NCBI RefSeq assembly: GCF_009914755.1
Contig: NC_060927.1
Strand: one strand, 5' to 3'
Source: the human T2T-CHM13v2.0 reference genome, Homo sapiens
Length of the DNA: 64,000 nucleotides
Every line of letters begins with the position of its first letter. The first letter of the stretch is position 1. The translations under genes were made by a program, and so were the position numbers. The notes below the pieces were generated by a model. That model did no database searches, was not told where the DNA came from, and saw nothing but the letters and a program-made list of their open reading frames with translations. Shown here in pieces: positions 14,001-30,155 of this stretch.

Positions 14001-15059
14001 GTCCCATCAAGTCTTGTGTGAGTTGAATGTGAAAGTGAGCAACAAAGGCAGCTGGCAGTCACAAGGACAAGTATTTCCAGATGGGCAGGTGTGGTGGCAG
14101 AGGCCCCTGGTTCTTCTGGAATAGCTGTGGCAGTTTCTAGCCTCCCCTGCCTAGCATCAGGAATCTACTGATAAGCCACGGTGACTGTGGTTTCCACTGG
14201 ACTTCTCTGCTGGCTGCATTGCTGCTGGTTTTATATCTCGGCCTAGTTCCCTGAAGTTCATGTGAGTTTCCCCATGTTTTATGAGTCTCTTTATGTTTAC
14301 ATTATGCTTACATAAGATTTTATGGTTTGCAACTAGGAGTAAATTACCTAAGGCAACAGAAAAATAAGAGATCCAAGGTAAAGGCATTGGACAAATTGGG
14401 GGAAAAAAAAACATATCCAAGAGGAGATGGTGAAACAAGAGAGCACAGGGTCCTTGTTCTACCCCCAGGTATGATACAAGTTTATATACTATTCTGACAT
14501 TAGAAAAGAGATGAATGTCAGCCCTAGTTGGTCTTTGGCCAGGGTGTCTCATCCCGCTACAGCCTCTCTCTCTCTCTCCCTTGCTTGGCTCAGGAAAAGA
14601 CATTCTACACAGCTATCTATAAGGTCACATCTGGTATTGGGGGTATAATTTGCTACTGATAATATCAGATTTGGCTACCCCTGCTGATTGCAAGGTCTCT
14701 GCCCTCTGTGACCTCCTGGTCCTAAACCCAGTTTTCTTCTCTTTCACTGCCCCTCTCAGCATTTCCAAGCCTTTTGTAGGCCCAGAAATTCTCAGGTGCT
14801 TCTTCCACCCTTCAAAGCCACCCTCAAATCCATATCCCAGAAACCTCTCACTGCCCCTGCTACCATGCCATGTGGAATGCAGAGCCATGTCAAACTGGGG
14901 ACTCTCTGGAGACTTGTCATCTCAGCAGAAAATGGTCAGGAGTGAGCGCCAGACCTGATATTCTGTTTGAGTGCTAGTGATAATTCCATTGTCCTCACCC
15001 CTCCCCTTTCCAGAATTTTAACAGATGCTAAAAAGTCTAGTTTGAAGAATTCTGATATA

Positions 15060-15500
15060 TTTCCAGTTGGGAGTGTAAATTATTGCCACCTCTATGAAGG
15101 GTAATTTGGCAATATTTAACAAATTTTAAATACACATGGCCTTAAACAGCAAGCCCAACTTTAGGAACTTATACTACAAATAAAATCATGTTCTCACAAA
15201 ATGGCCTTTTTATGAGGTTATTCATTGTGAGACTGTTTGTAATAGTGAAAGACTGGATAAATCAAATGTCCATCAATACGAGATTAGTTAAATAAAAATT
15301 GTAGTGAATTCATACAACAGAATATTCTCCTGATTCTCCAATAACATTGGTTGTCTGTGCAGAAAAGTAGGTGAATAAAGTTCAGAAGAGGAAAGGAGAA
15401 TTTTCACCAGATATTCTTTTATACTTCTTGAATTTTGAACCATGTGAATACTATAAATACTTGTACATGCATTTTTAATCTTAAAAAATACATTTAATTT
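15060..15500 (+). repeat. Old L1ME-like 3' fragment
   Basis: gttgggagtgtaaatt...aatttggcaatatt...aaatgtccatcaata motifs. Confidence 0.55.
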
Positions 15501-15930
15501 TTAAAAATCTACCTTTTTCCTTAAATCTTATATAAAAATATATCATTATATTTAAAAATTACTCTATACTCTAAAAAGCAATTACTTTTTTGTTCTTTGG
15601 ATTTTCTATATTCTTCCTAAAGCTAAGATTGCTTCAGCTTTAATGATAGAAGGGCTTTAGGTCAAAGAGAAGCAATCTTAGTTCTCCAGAATAAGCAATA
15701 ACTGTTGACTAGAATTTGAAATATATCTATATAATGTTTTCAAAAAATGCCATCTCTCTAAACACAGTCAATAGTTGGAATTTTCATCATTCCTCACTTA
15801 GATTTTTGCGTGTTGACTTTTTTCCTTTGTTCATCTCCATGTTTACATTAAAACATTCTAAACATGTCATTCTATAGTTTTGTGTAGATTCCGTAAAATT
15901 ATATCCCTTGCATGTAAAATAACAACCATG

Positions 15931-16820
<890 letters not shown>

Positions 16821-17562
16821 ACCTGCTTCTCCCTAAAGAAAGATTCCTGGACTACATGGCAGGCAGCTCTGGCACTAACTAGCTGCTTGTTTTGTTCATG
16901 TTTTCTAAGCTCTCAGGATTCTAATGGGCACATTTTAATGGGAGAGGGGAGAACCAGATGGTCACTAAAGGTCATTACAATTATGGAAGTCTCTTCTGCT
17001 CAACTTTTCTATTCTATCCCTTTAGAAATTCTATACAAAGAAATGCCTATTTACCTTTCATGTCCTGATTCTACAGGATGCAGGAAAAATGTCTTATGGC
17101 TAAATTTTGAGCATTTAAGCACCAAGTTTGGAGTTCCAAAAAGAATTCACACTGGTCTGATAGACGCAAGTTTGAACCCAGGCCTAGTTTTAAGTTGTGG
17201 CTCTCCTGTGTATGAGCTGCTCCCAATTTAAACCCTCAGGGTTCTGTGCCCTTTGTTTCTGTTATTCCTTCTCCTTCCCCTTTTACTTTGAGGGCCCAAA
17301 TCCAAAATATTCTTCAAGTTCCGTTTTAATTGCCCTCTCCTCTAAATCCTCCTTTGTTCTTTCCTCTCCCTGCATTTGAAGCATGGTTAAATACTTCCAT
17401 CTGGTGAAATTATTTGACAATGAATGTCAAAAGGACAGAGAACAATGAAATTTTATTTGTTTTGTGCTTTCATATAACAGTTTTTCTGGTCAAGAAATTC
17501 TTTGTTATCCCAAGTTATTTTTGCTTTTGTTAACTTTGCCTACACTAGAAGCCTGTCTCCCT

Positions 17563-17640
17563 CTTCTTCTTCTTCTTCTTCTTCTTCTTCTTCTTCTTCC
17601 TCTTCCTCTTCCTCTTCTTCTCCTTCTCCTTCTTCTTCTT
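17563..17640. repeat. Compound (CTT)n/(CCTCTT)n microsatellite
   Basis: About 12 pure CTT units followed by CCT/CTC-interrupted units; 78 nt of pure pyrimidine. Confidence 0.95.
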
Positions 17641-18235
17641 GTTTTTACAGGTGAATCCTATGACATGGAAATTTATTGAACAAGCAAAATTATCCAGGTC
17701 CTTTGATCTTTTCTAAAAGGGCATTTCCTTCCCTGTTAAATACCTCGGTTTCTTTTCTGTGTCTCTCCATCCTCTCTCTCTGTCTTTCTTATTACTCCTC
17801 ATTTCTTCCTTTTTAAATGTGTAAATTCAATTCAATTTAATAATATTAAAGTTCAGCTATGTACAGGACTCTAGCATTCTAGAGGTTAGAAAATTTTTAA
17901 ATAATTTCTCCCCTCAAAGATTTAAAACATACTCAGAAAAAAATGCAACTACTAATTATGACACAATACACTTAAATGCTTGGGAACCAGAAGATTTATC
18001 TTTGTTTAAAACAAATAATGCAATTCACACACACATAAAACTAATTTGAAAGTAAACTAAAGAAACTTATAAACATTTTTAAAATGTTGTTATTAATTTT
18101 ACTAACAGAAAGCTCAAGACACAAATTATGTGTAATTTGAAATTTCTACCAACTTTAATAAGACAGAAAACAAAGTACATTTTTATTGTTGGTATGAAAA
18201 CTAATGGGATAAATTTATGTCTAAAAGATCAAAGC

Positions 18236-21200
18236 AAGGAGAGGAGGAGCAAGATGGCAAAATAGATGGCTCCACTGATCTCCACCTGCCAACAAGGACA
18301 TCAATATAACAGCTATCTACACAGAAAAAAGCACCTTCATATAAGCAAAATGCAGGTGAGTACTCACAGTACCTGGCTTTAACTTCATATTGCTGAAAGA
18401 GGCACTGAAGAAGTAGAAAAAACAGTCTCGAATCACCAACACAACCCCTCCCATACCCCCCAGCAAAAGTATCTGGAGAGCATTTCTGTATGCTGGGGAG
18501 AGGGAGAGCACAGCAATGGTGAGACATTGAACTCAGTGCTGCCCTGTTATAGCAGAAAACAAAATTGGACCAAACTCAGCTGATGCCCGCCCATGGAAGG
18601 AGCATTTAAACTAGCCCTAGCCAGAGGGAAATCAGTGATCCTAGTGGTCCAAACTTGAGTTCTCACAAGCCTTGCCACTGCAGACTAAAGTACACTGGGA
18701 CCCTAAATAAACTCGAAAGGCAGTCTATGCCACAGGACTACAACTCCTAAGTGAGTCCTAGTGCTGAACACGGCCCATAGCCAGTGGACTGGGAACACAT
18801 GACCTACTAAGACATGAGCCAGGGCAACTAAAGGAGTGCTGGCCTCTCCCCTCCATCAACCCCAGGCTACACTGCTTATGGCTCCAAAAGAGACCACTTC
18901 CTCCACTTGAGGAAAGGAGGGAGCAGAACGGGGAGCAATTTGTTTTGCATCTTGGATACCAGCTCAGTTGCAGCAGGATAGGACATTGATCAGAGTTGTG
19001 AGGTCCCCTTTCCATGCCCTAGCTCCCAGATGACATTTCTAGACACACCCTGTGCCAGAAGGGAACCTCCTGCCTTAAGGAAACAGCCCAGTCCTGGCAG
19101 CATTCACCTGCTAACTGAAGAGCCCTTGGGTCCTGAATAGCCAGCAGTGATAACCAGATATGATGTTGAAGGCCTTGGGTGAGCCTCTGAGACTTGCTGA
19201 CTTCAGGTATCATCTGGTCCACAGTGGAGTAGAGCACCAACCAGGCACTTGGGGTCCCAAATTACATGATTTGGCTTTTGGACAGGCTTCCTGGACCTGC
19301 CCTGGGCCAGATAGGAGCCCACTGCCCTGAAGGGTGAGTGCTAGCTAGGCCAGGCAAAATTCACCACAAGCTGACCGAAGAGCCCTTAAGCCTTAAGGGA
19401 ACGTCAGCAGTAGTCTGTCAGTATTCCCTATGGGCTTGCAGTGGTGGTGACCATGGGGTGAGGCTCCTCTGCCTTTGGAAAGGAGAAGAAAGAGTGGGAA
19501 GGACAGCATCTTGTAATTTGAGTGCCAGCTCAGCTGCAGTACAATAGAATATCAGGTATACTTGTAAAGATTTTGACCCCAGTCAGTGGCTCTTGGATGA
19601 ACCGTCTGGACCCACTTGGGGCCTGGAGGAACTTCCCACCCAGAAAAAAAGGAAACACGCCTGACTGGCTTTGCCATCTGCTGATTGTAGAGTCCCAGGG
19701 CCTTGAGTAAACATAGGCCATAGCCAGGGAGTGGTTATAGCAGACCTTGAAGACAAAAAATGTACAATAGATACACAAACACAAAATAAAAAGCAAGAAA
19801 CAAAATCATATCAACAGAGAAAATAACCTTCACTAGAAGGGAGATAGGAAGGAAAGAAGAAGGAAGAGATGATCACAAAACAACTAGAAAACAAAATGAC
19901 AAAATGCCAGAGTAAGTCCCTATTATCAATCACATTGAATGTAAATGGACTAAACTCTCTAATCAAAGGACATAGAGTGGCAGAATGTATACAATAATAA
20001 GACTCAATGATCTGTTGCCTAGAAGAAATTCACTTCACCAATAACAACACACATAGACTGAAAATAAAGGAATGAAAAAAGATATTCCATGCCAAAGAAA
20101 ACCAAAAAAGAGCAGGAGTAGCTATACTTACAACAGACAAAACAGATTTCAAGACAAAAACTATAAGAAGAGAAAAAGAAGGTCACTATATAATGATAAT
20201 GGTGTCAATTCAGCAAGATGATATGATCATTGTAAATATATACACACCCAACACTGGAGCACCCTGAAATATAATAATATTTATTAGAGCTAAAGCAAGA
20301 GATAAACTCGGATACAGTAATAACTGGAGACTTCAACACCCTACTTCCAGCATTGGACAGATCTTTCAGACAGAAAAAACAAAGAAATGTTGTGCTTCAT
20401 CTGCACTATAGGCCAAATGAACCTAATAGATATTAGCAGAACATTTCATCCAATGGCTGCAGAACGTGCATTCTTTTCCTCAGCATGTGGATCATTCTTA
20501 AGGATAGATCATATGTTAGGTTACAAAACAAATCTTAAAACATTTGAAAAAATTGAAATAATACCAAACATCTTTTCTAACCACAATGGACTAAAACTAG
20601 AAATCAATAACAAGACGAATTGTGGAAACTATACAAATACATGGAAATGAAACAATATGCTCCTGAATGACAAGTGGGTAAATGAAGAAATTAAGAAGGA
20701 AATTGAAAAATTTCTTGAAACAAATGATAGAAGAAACACAACATACCAAAACTTATGGGATACAGCAAAAGCAGTACTAAGAGGGGATTTTATAGCTATA
20801 AGTGTCTACAACAAAAAAGAAGAAAGATTTTAAGTACAACCTAATGATGCCTCTTAAAAAATTAGAAAAGCAAGAGCAAACCAAATCCAAAATTAGTAGA
20901 AGAAAATAAATAATAAAGATTAGAGCAGAAATAAATGAAATTGAAATGAAGAAAATAATACAGTCAATGAAATAAAAATGTGCTTTTTTAAAAACTAAAC
21001 AAAATTGACAAACCTTTAGCCAGACTAAGAAAAAAGATAGAAGACCCAAAGAAATAAATTTACAGATGAAAAGGGACATTTTAACTGTCAGCACAGAAAC
21101 TCAAAGGATCATTATTGGCTACCATGAGCAACTACGTAACAATAAATTGGAAAATCTAGATAGAATGGACAAATTCCTAGACATGTACAACCTACCAAGG

Positions 21201-24008
21201 TTTAAATTCAAAACCTGAACAGACCAATAACAAGTAGTGAGATAGAAGCCCTAATAAAAAGTCTCCCAGTAAATAAAAGCCTTCACTGCTGAAAAATCCC
21301 ATGCCTTCACTGCTGAATTTTAAAGTAGAAACAATACCAATCCCACTTAAACCATTCTAAGAAATAGAAGGGGAGGAAATACTTCCAAACTCATTCTATG
21401 AGGCCGGTATTGCCCTAATACAAAAATGAGACAAAGACACATAAAAACACAAAACAAAACAAAAACAACTACAGGCCAGTATCTCTGATGAATATTGACA
21501 CAAACATCCTCAAAAAATCATAGCAAACCAAATTCAACAATACATTAAAATGATCATTCACCATGACCAAGTGGGATTTATCCCTGGGATGCAAGGATGT
21601 TTCAACATAAGCAAATCAATCAATGCAATACATCCTATCAGTAGAATAAAGAACAAAAATCATTTTAACTGATGCTGAAATAACATTTGATAAAATTTAA
21701 TATCCCTTCATGATTAAAAAAAAAACCTCGAAAAATTCAGTATTGAAGTAACATACCTCAACATTTAAAAAGCCATATACTACAGACCCACAGCTAGTAT
21801 CATACCAAATGGGGAAAAACTGAAAGCCTTACGTCTAATATCTGGAACATGACAAGAATGCCCACTTTCACCATTACCATTCAACATAGTACTAAAAGTC
21901 CTAGCTAGAGCAATCAGACAAGAGAAAGAAATAAAGTGAATCCAAATTAAGAAGAAAGAAGTCAAATTATCCTTGTTTGTAGATGATATAATATTTTATT
22001 TGGAAAAACCTAAGGACTCCACAAAACCTATTAGAACTGTTAAATTCATTAGTTACAGGATACAAAATCGCATTCAAAAAGCCATATAATTTATATATGC
22101 CAACAGTGAACCCTCTGAAAATGAAATATAAAAAATTATATTTACCATGGCCACACATAAAATTAAATACCTAGGAATTAACTTAACCAAAGGAGTGGAA
22201 GATCTCTGTAATGAAAACTGTAAAACACCCATGAAAGGAATTGAGGAGGACACCAAAAATGGAAAGATATTTCAGAGTCATGGATTGAAAGAATCAATAT
22301 TGTTAAAATGTCCACACTACCCAAAGAACACTACAGACTCACTGCAATCTCTATCAAAATACCAATGGCATTCTTCACAGGAATAGAAAAAAACAATCCT
22401 AAAAGCTATCTTAAGCCAAAAGAACAAAACTGAAGAAATCACATTACCTGACTTCAAATTGTACTACAGAGCTATAGTAACCAAAACAGCATGGTCCTGA
22501 TATAAAGACAAACACATAGACAAGTACAACAAAATAGAGAACCCAAAAGCAAATCCACGTATTACAGTGAACTCATTTTCAAGAAAAGTGCCAAGAATAC
22601 ACACTGGGGAAAAGACAGTCTCTTAAGTAAATGGTGCTGGGAACATTGGATATTCATATATAGAACAATAAAAATAGACCCCTATCTCTCACCATATACA
22701 AAAATTATATTAAAATGAATCATTTAAATCTAGGACTTATGCTATGAAACTGCTTTAGGAAAACATTGGGGAAATTCTCCAGGACATTGATCTGGGAGAA
22801 AAATTTCTTGAGTAATACCCCAGAAGCCCAGGCAACCAAAGCAAAAATGGACAAACGGGATGGCATCAGGTTAAAAAGCTTCTGATTGAAGGAAATAATC
22901 AATGAAGTGAAGAGACAACACACAGATGGGAAAAAATATTTGTCAACTACCATCTGACAGGGGAATAATAACCAGCATATGTAAGGAGCTCAAACAACCA
23001 TATAGGAAAAAATCTAATAATCTGATTTTAAAATGGGCAAAAGATCTGAACAAACATTTCTCAAAAGAAGACATACAAATAGGAAACAGGCATATGAAAA
23101 GGTGTTTGACATCACTGATCATCAGAGAAATGCAAATCAAAACTACAATGAGATATCATCTCACCCTAGTTAAAATGGCTTTTATCCAAAAGACAGGCAA
23201 TAATGAATTCCACTGTTGGTGGGAAGGTAAATTAGTACAACCACTATGGAGAACCGTTTGAAGGCTTCTCAAAAACTAAAAATAGAGCTACCATATGATC
23301 CAGCAATCCCACTGCTGGATATATTCCCAAAAGAAAGGAAATCAGTATACTGAAGAGATATCTGCACCCCCATGTTTGTTGCAGCACTATTCTCAATAGT
23401 CATGATTCGGAAACAACGTAAGGTGTTCATCAACACATGAGCGGATAAAAAAAAATCTGGTACTTATACACAACAGAGTACTATTCAGCCATAAAAAGAA
23501 TGAGATCTAGTCATTTGCAATAACTTGGATGGAACTGGAGATCCTTCTGCTAAATGAAATAGCTGGGCACAGAAAGACAAATATCACATGTTTTCACTTA
23601 TTAGTGGGCTCTAAAAATCAAAACAATTGAACTCTTGAAGATAGAGAGTGGAGGGTTGGTTACCAGAGGCTAGGAAAGGTAGTGGGGCACTGGGGGTGGG
23701 GTGGGGATGGTCAATGGGTACAAAATATAATTGAAAGAATGAATAAGACCTAGTGTTTGATAGCACGACAAGGTGACAATAGCCAGTAATAATTTAATTG
23801 TACATTTTGAAATCACTAAGAGTATAATTTCGAAATCACTAAGAGATTGTTTGTAGCACAAAAGATAAATGTTTGAGGGGATGGATACCCACATTATACA
23901 TGATGTGATTATCATGCACTGCATGACTGTATCAAAACATCTCATGTACCTCATAAATAGGTACACTTACTATGTACCCACAAAAATTAAAATTAAAAAT
24001 TAAAAAAA
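18236..24008 (+). mobile_element. L1MA1-3-like LINE-1 with 5' UTR and decayed ORF2, ORF1 missing
   Basis: gaggaggagcaagatggc 5' end. The 5' UTR runs to ~19749 and joins the sequence just before ORF2. ORF2 remnants at 20387..20650, 22147..22386 and 22926..23261. L1MA 3' UTR and A-rich tail. Confidence 0.88.
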
Positions 24009-25929
24009 TCAAGTGACTTTTTTCTATAATTTTTTAAGCAAAAATTGGCCAAATTTCAATATAATATAAAAACTTATACCATAAAATAAAATGTTTTGTT
24101 TGTTTTTACATTGGAAAAGTGTTAAGGCAGCATTTCAATGGACCCTAAGTGTTCTATGACAATATTTATAAGATAATGTTTGCTTTATGTAGAAGAGTTT
24201 CAAAACAGGATGCTATATTTAAGTGATGAAAAGTTGTTTAGAATCCTAGGCAGTCGAGTACACATTTTTCACTTAGACCAAAGACTGCCTCTTCCGTGTC
24301 TTGTATTTCTATGTTCTAGAACAGGTGGCTTAAAAAAATCTTTGGAATCTAACCTCTGGTGGAGATCAGTGATCCATCTTAGCCAGACCTCCCCTCTTCA
24401 CTAGTGACTTAGAACGCCCGAGGCTAGTCTCTTTGCTTGGCAGCGCTCAAATAAATTTTATCCATTTCTCTGTCAGCTTTAAATGAGCTGGTCCAGTGCC
24501 CCCCACATCCCACCACACACACACAGTCTTCATACATTTGTTAATATATTAGGTCAATAACATAGCAATGTATTGTTTTACTTTTGTATTGAAGAAATAC
24601 AGATAATCCAGATGACATTGCCTGGATAGTATAATGCAATTCTAGCAACTGACATGATAGCATTGTTAGTTTTGTTTTTTGTTACCAAGATCAGAATATG
24701 TCTCAAAATTTAGGCATCATACTTACTGAAATAAAAACGATCACACGTATTACTTAAACATAAAAATTATACACATATGTAAGTGTAGATAGAAGAGTCA
24801 GAGAGGCAAAGAGTTTGTTATCCTGCACCTCTTACTTTAGAAACAAAATCCTTCTATCAAATTGGCTTACTTTTTTTCTTAGCACCGCCAAAAACCAACA
24901 TTCTAAAATATCTTACCCATTGAAAAGTAACTTAATACAAAACTCAGGGAACAATTGCTCTACTGAAAACAATTTTGGAAAAAGAGTATCACTAAACTAA
25001 AGTTGTTCATCCATAGAGTCAGTCATATAGGTATTTATCATATTCCAATTCATCAGCTTACAAAACTCAGACAGTATACAAGTGAAGCATACTAGAGCTC
25101 TCCCATTACTAACCAGGAAACATAAATAAAACCTCCTCTTTCATCCAGGGTATGCTTAGCAAGGCTTGCAATGCATTTTATTATTATATTGACATAAGCT
25201 ATGCAAAGGGAAAGTTAAAGTAGAACATAAAGGTTTGATATATTTCTATTCCTTTTCAACGTTTCTTCTGATATGGCTTTGAAATAATGACAACACTTTA
25301 TTTTAGTCAATAAAACCAATATTCTGTTACAAAATCGATTATAGAAAATTTAAAAATACACATAATAGGAAAATAATGCATTGGCTGAGATTCTTTGTGT
25401 GTCAAAACTTCTGTATCAACAGCATAAATATATTTTAGGGATATGACACATGATGAATTTTGTTTGGCCTACGAAGGTATTTTTATCTCTACATATCCTA
25501 TTTTGAGAAACATTCAGAGAATGGTTTGCTTCAGCCAGAAATGTTTAAAAAAGAAATCAAATAACCTTTTGGACTTTTTTTCTTTATAAATGTATACATA
25601 CTAGATGCAGAAATTTTGTATAATACAGAAAAGTAGGAAGAAAAACAGTTGCTCATAATCCCACAGACGATTAGTAATTTTTATTTTATTTTTTTCTTAA
25701 TGTACAATTTTTGCTTAGGGGGTTTATTTTCTCTCCCATGGTTAAAATAATACATTTTGGTATTTTCTTTTTTTTTCACCTGCTTTAAGTGCATGGAAAG
25801 GGATATTAGAATAATACTCAGATTTCCATTCCAGTTCTGTCTCTATCTAGTTTTTATCACATTGATAAATTACTTATTTCCCCAAGCCTTAGATTTCTCA
25901 TATATAAAATGGGATAACAATGGTATTTA

Positions 25930-28420
25930 TCAATCCCTGTTGAACCTAAGCGAATACTGGCCTTCACAATTACCAGGTTCTTTTTGGTGAATAGTGGTGA
26001 CCTGCAATAATTAGGACTCCTCCGCTGCTACTTCTCTGTCAGGGGACCCATAGCAATGAAAGCAAGGCTCAGACTGATTTCTGCCAAACATACAAGCATT
26101 CCGTGGCAATCAGGCATGCCAGTTCTTTGTCTTTACGTAATCCCACAGAAGTTTTCTTGGAAGTGTTACTCAGAGACTACGCTGTTAACGATATTCCAAG
26201 GTGAAGATCAGCTATCATAGTTGGAACAGATAATGAAATCTAAAGTATTGATCCAAAGGTATTAGGTTATTGGGCTTCCTAGATTTAAATATACCATTCA
26301 AGCAAGTTTGTAGGTATGTATAAAATAATTCCTAGTCAACATATTTAGAATATCACTCATTTCAACAAGAAATCTCCACTAAATATCCCTGTCATAATTA
26401 ATGAACTCAATAATGAAAAATCATACAGTGATACCTGAAACACTGGTATAGACACATCTGAAGTCTAGATTCCTAATCAATGCCTTTCAATATTAACTAA
26501 TCACCTCTGAATGAGAATTTCGATTAGAATACTTGAATTGTTGACTAAATGTCTTTGGGTTATATATAAAAACTAATATACACACATTTATATCTCATTA
26601 TCTATGATAAAGCATTTTAAAGAAAATTAGGGATATTTAAAAACTGTCTCATATGCTGTCATAAAGACTCAATGAAATCACTTAATAAATATTTATTGAG
26701 ATCCTAAAAATATGTCAGACACTAAGGTTTTGGGAATATGGAAAACAGTATGAAAAAGCTCTGCTCTCATGGACATTGTATTGACAGTGTCTAGACACTG
26801 TGTTCTCAATACACTATTTACCAAATTAATAAATGTTGGATGTATCTGTGCCATCATAAATATGATTATGTTAATGATTTATGTTCCCACTGTATACATA
26901 GAGTGTTACACACACAGGAGCATTTTTTCCTAAACATCATTGTTACTTCTATATAGTATTCCAAAGTCTGAATATAAAGTAATTTGCTTAACCATTCTTT
27001 TCCTTGGTATTTAAGCTGTTTTGACTCTTTTGTAATAAAAATAATACTTAGAAACATCTAAGTATTAGATACTCGTCCTTCTTTTGTTTTTCTGCATACC
27101 TCTCTTCCTCCTAGTACTCATATTTTTAAGATAAATTTTTCCTAAGAGAAGATTTCCAGAAATTCATGCATCTTTGCCCACAGATGATACGTCTAATACT
27201 AAAGAGCCTTCTGGGTGATGTAGCTCAAGCAGCCAAGTTCTTTGTACTCGGGTGCGTCTGCTGTAGAAACCTTTCTTATGGCATTTCTCAATCAATGTTG
27301 GCAGCCTTTGTTATCACCTAGTAAATCAGTTAGAATCATTTTTCCAGCCTGGGAATATACTGCTTTGATAACCTGAAGTAGTCTATCCGTCCTTGTAATT
27401 TCTTCTAAATGGCGTGAGGTACAACATGTCATAACTTGTTCTCTACTTCTGAGAGGATACCCCAACATGCTTCAGACCACGGGAGTATTATAGTCTATAT
27501 TGATAAGGACAAGTCTCTAAATCATCATAGGGTTTATTTCTCCCCTTTCTGGAATGAAGCACCTTAACAAAGCCTTTAATGTACTTGTCAATTGTTGCTC
27601 AGCTGGTCCAACTGACATATCATTGATTGGATGGACCAATGTGATGTTCTGCTGTTCATCTCAATAGTCCAGGTTCCTTTAACTATATTATGACAGAAGG
27701 TAAAGGTAAGATAGCTCCAGAGTAAGAGAAAAAATATATACTCTTCTCCATCCCAAGTGAATGCAAACTATTTCTGATTGTCTTCCAGATAGGGCTGGAA
27801 AACAATGTATCACCAGGTCACTGGCAGCATACAACACACCTCAGGCCAGTAATTCTGCTCTGGCAAAGATAACACATTTAGCACAGTTCACTCTCATCCT
27901 TCGGGATTTGTCTGGTTTAAAGAGAATATGGTAGGAATCACCAATTCTGCGTTCTTTAGGTAGTTAAGGGCAACTCTAATCCCTGCTAGTCCCCAGTGGG
28001 ACATAAAAATTGTAGTAATTTACTGTTTTGGGATGGGTGGGGGAGCAGTTTTAACTCTTACTCCACAGACCAAGGAATCACTGTGGAGGATTTGCCAACT
28101 ACTCTGTATGTCTATTATAATTATTCATTTAGGAGTGGGAAAATGACCACTTGTGGTTCTCTTGATCACTATGAGGCAGGACCTGGGCCAAGAGTGTATT
28201 TATTACCCAACCCTTCAACCATACCCACTATAATAGGGGCATTATGTTGCTACTTTGTAGCTAGTTCCCAAAGGGCAATGTGAAAAGGGTTAGATAGTAC
28301 CTGAACATGCAGCAGAGTTTAGCAAACATGAGTATTTTTTTAAATTTCATCTTTTATTTTAGATACAGAGGGTACGTGTGCAGATTTGTTACATGGGAAT
28401 ATTTCCTGATGGACCTGAGT
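25930..28420 (-). mobile_element. Ancient ERVL-class internal pol remnant, interrupted by L2/L1 fragments (~26300-27170)
   Basis: The minus strand at 27530-27650 translates QNITLVHPINDMSVGPAEQQLTSTLKALLR...EINP, matching the ERVL RT region QNITLVHYIDDIMLIGPSEQEV...WEINP. Boundaries are approximate. Confidence 0.7.
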
Positions 28421-29024
28421 CTTTTACAATGGGCAATAAGCATGCCTGCCCTTTGCTCTGTGGGAGGATACTATCTCAGTCTTCCAAGACTGTTGGTTAC
28501 ACAAACATCCTTGAATAGGTAGTTGATACAAAGGGCAGTCAGCACCTCACTTCTCAAAATGTGGAGAAACATAACAGACTCATGGAGAATTGTGTCTGAA
28601 AACTAATAACATACACTTTAAAGATTCATGGTATTTGTTCAATTAAATATGTAGGATCTGTAGAAAAGTTACAGTGTTGGTCCAGGGAAGTAAAACCTTT
28701 ATGAAGGAATTGCAGTGTTTATTCAGGGTAGCAATTTGTTAACAATTGCTTTGTTAATTGAGATTTGTAACTTATGGATTGTGTGATTTGAAGCCTTGTT
28801 TACTATGAAGAGGTTAATTTCCTTGATTCTATCTGAAATTATATTTCATTGAATCTAAGATCTCATAGATGTAATGTGTACCATTATTCTATTTACCACT
28901 AAGAAAAAATTGTCTAATAACTAAATGTTGCAATACTTTATCACATTCAATGTAAAATGTATAATTATTTTACAGGTATTAAATTATGAAATATATATAT
29001 GTCTTCAAATCAATTAAATATAAA

Positions 29025-29935
29025 AGAAGACATACATATGGCCAGTGGGAATATAAAAAATGCTCAACATCACTAAACATCAGGGAAATGCCAATTAAAA
29101 CCACAATGAGATATCACCTCACATCTGTTAAAACGGCTGTTGTCTAAAAGACAAAAGGTAAGTGTTGTTGAGGATGTGGAGATAAGGAAACGCTGGTACA
29201 CTGTTAATGAAAATATAAATTAGTACGGCCATATAGAAAACAGCATAGAGGTTCCTATAAAACTAAAAATAGAACTACCATATGATCTAACATTTCTACT
29301 TCTAGATATATATTCAAAGGAAACGAAGTCAGCATGTCAAAGAGATATCTGCACTCCCATGTTCATTGCAAGCACTATTTACAATAACCAAAATATGGAA
29401 TCAACCTAAGTGTCCATCAATGTATGAACAGATGAAGAAAATGTGCTCTATATATACAATGGAATACTACTCAGCTATTAAACAGTAAGGAAATCCTGCC
29501 ATTTGAACGACATGAACGAACTTGGAGGACATTAGGCACAGAGAGACAAACACTGCATGATTTCACTTATATATGGAACCAAAAAGTTGAACTTTAGCAG
29601 AGAGTGAAATGGTGAGTACCCAGGGGTTGGATTGGGAGAAAGGGGGTGATGTGGATATGTCGATCAAAGTTACAAAGTTTCAGTCAGACAAGAGGAGTGT
29701 AAGTTCTGGAGATCTATTGTATAGCATGGTAACTATAGTTAATGTGCACTTGAAAATTGCTAAGACAGTAGACTTAAAATGTTCTCACCACAAAAAATGA
29801 TAAGTATGTGAGGTGAAGTATCTGTTAATTAGCTTAATTCAATTATTGTACAATGTATACACATATCAAAACATCACATTGTACACTATATAAAATGTTT
29901 CTCAATTAAATGTTAATAAAGCTGGAAAAAATCAA
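29025..29935 (+). mobile_element. 5'-truncated L1MA7-9-like 3' end
   Basis: ORF2 C-terminal motifs, then gttctggagatctattgtatagcatggt...aaatgttctcaccacaaaaaatgataagtatgtgagg and aataaagctggaaaaaa. Confidence 0.85.
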
Positions 29936-29944
29936 TAAAGTACG

Positions 29945-30085
29945 TATTTGTTTATTGCCTTTTTCAACTAGAATGTAAGGTCAAGGAAGGTAGGAATTTT
30001 GTTGACATTAGTCATTAATATATGCCTAGTGCCTAGCACAGTGTCTGGCAGATAAATAATATTCATGAAATATTCACTAAATTAA
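29945..30085 (+). repeat. L2 3' end
   Basis: actagaatgtaagg...cctagtgcctagcacagtgtctggca. Confidence 0.7.
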
Positions 30086-30155
30086 TATAGGAAAAATTGT
30101 AGGCTCTATCTCCCTCCCTGTTTCCTTTCTCCTCACCCCCAACTTTGGTCTATAA

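Noticed and set aside
14157-14958. 148-aa and 102-aa ORFs in unique sequence
   Set aside because: No recognisable homology, codon bias or exon boundaries; lengths are within chance for a 64-kb six-frame scan.
17464-17679. Poly-leucine ORF resembling a signal peptide
   Set aside because: It is simply the translation of the CTT microsatellite.
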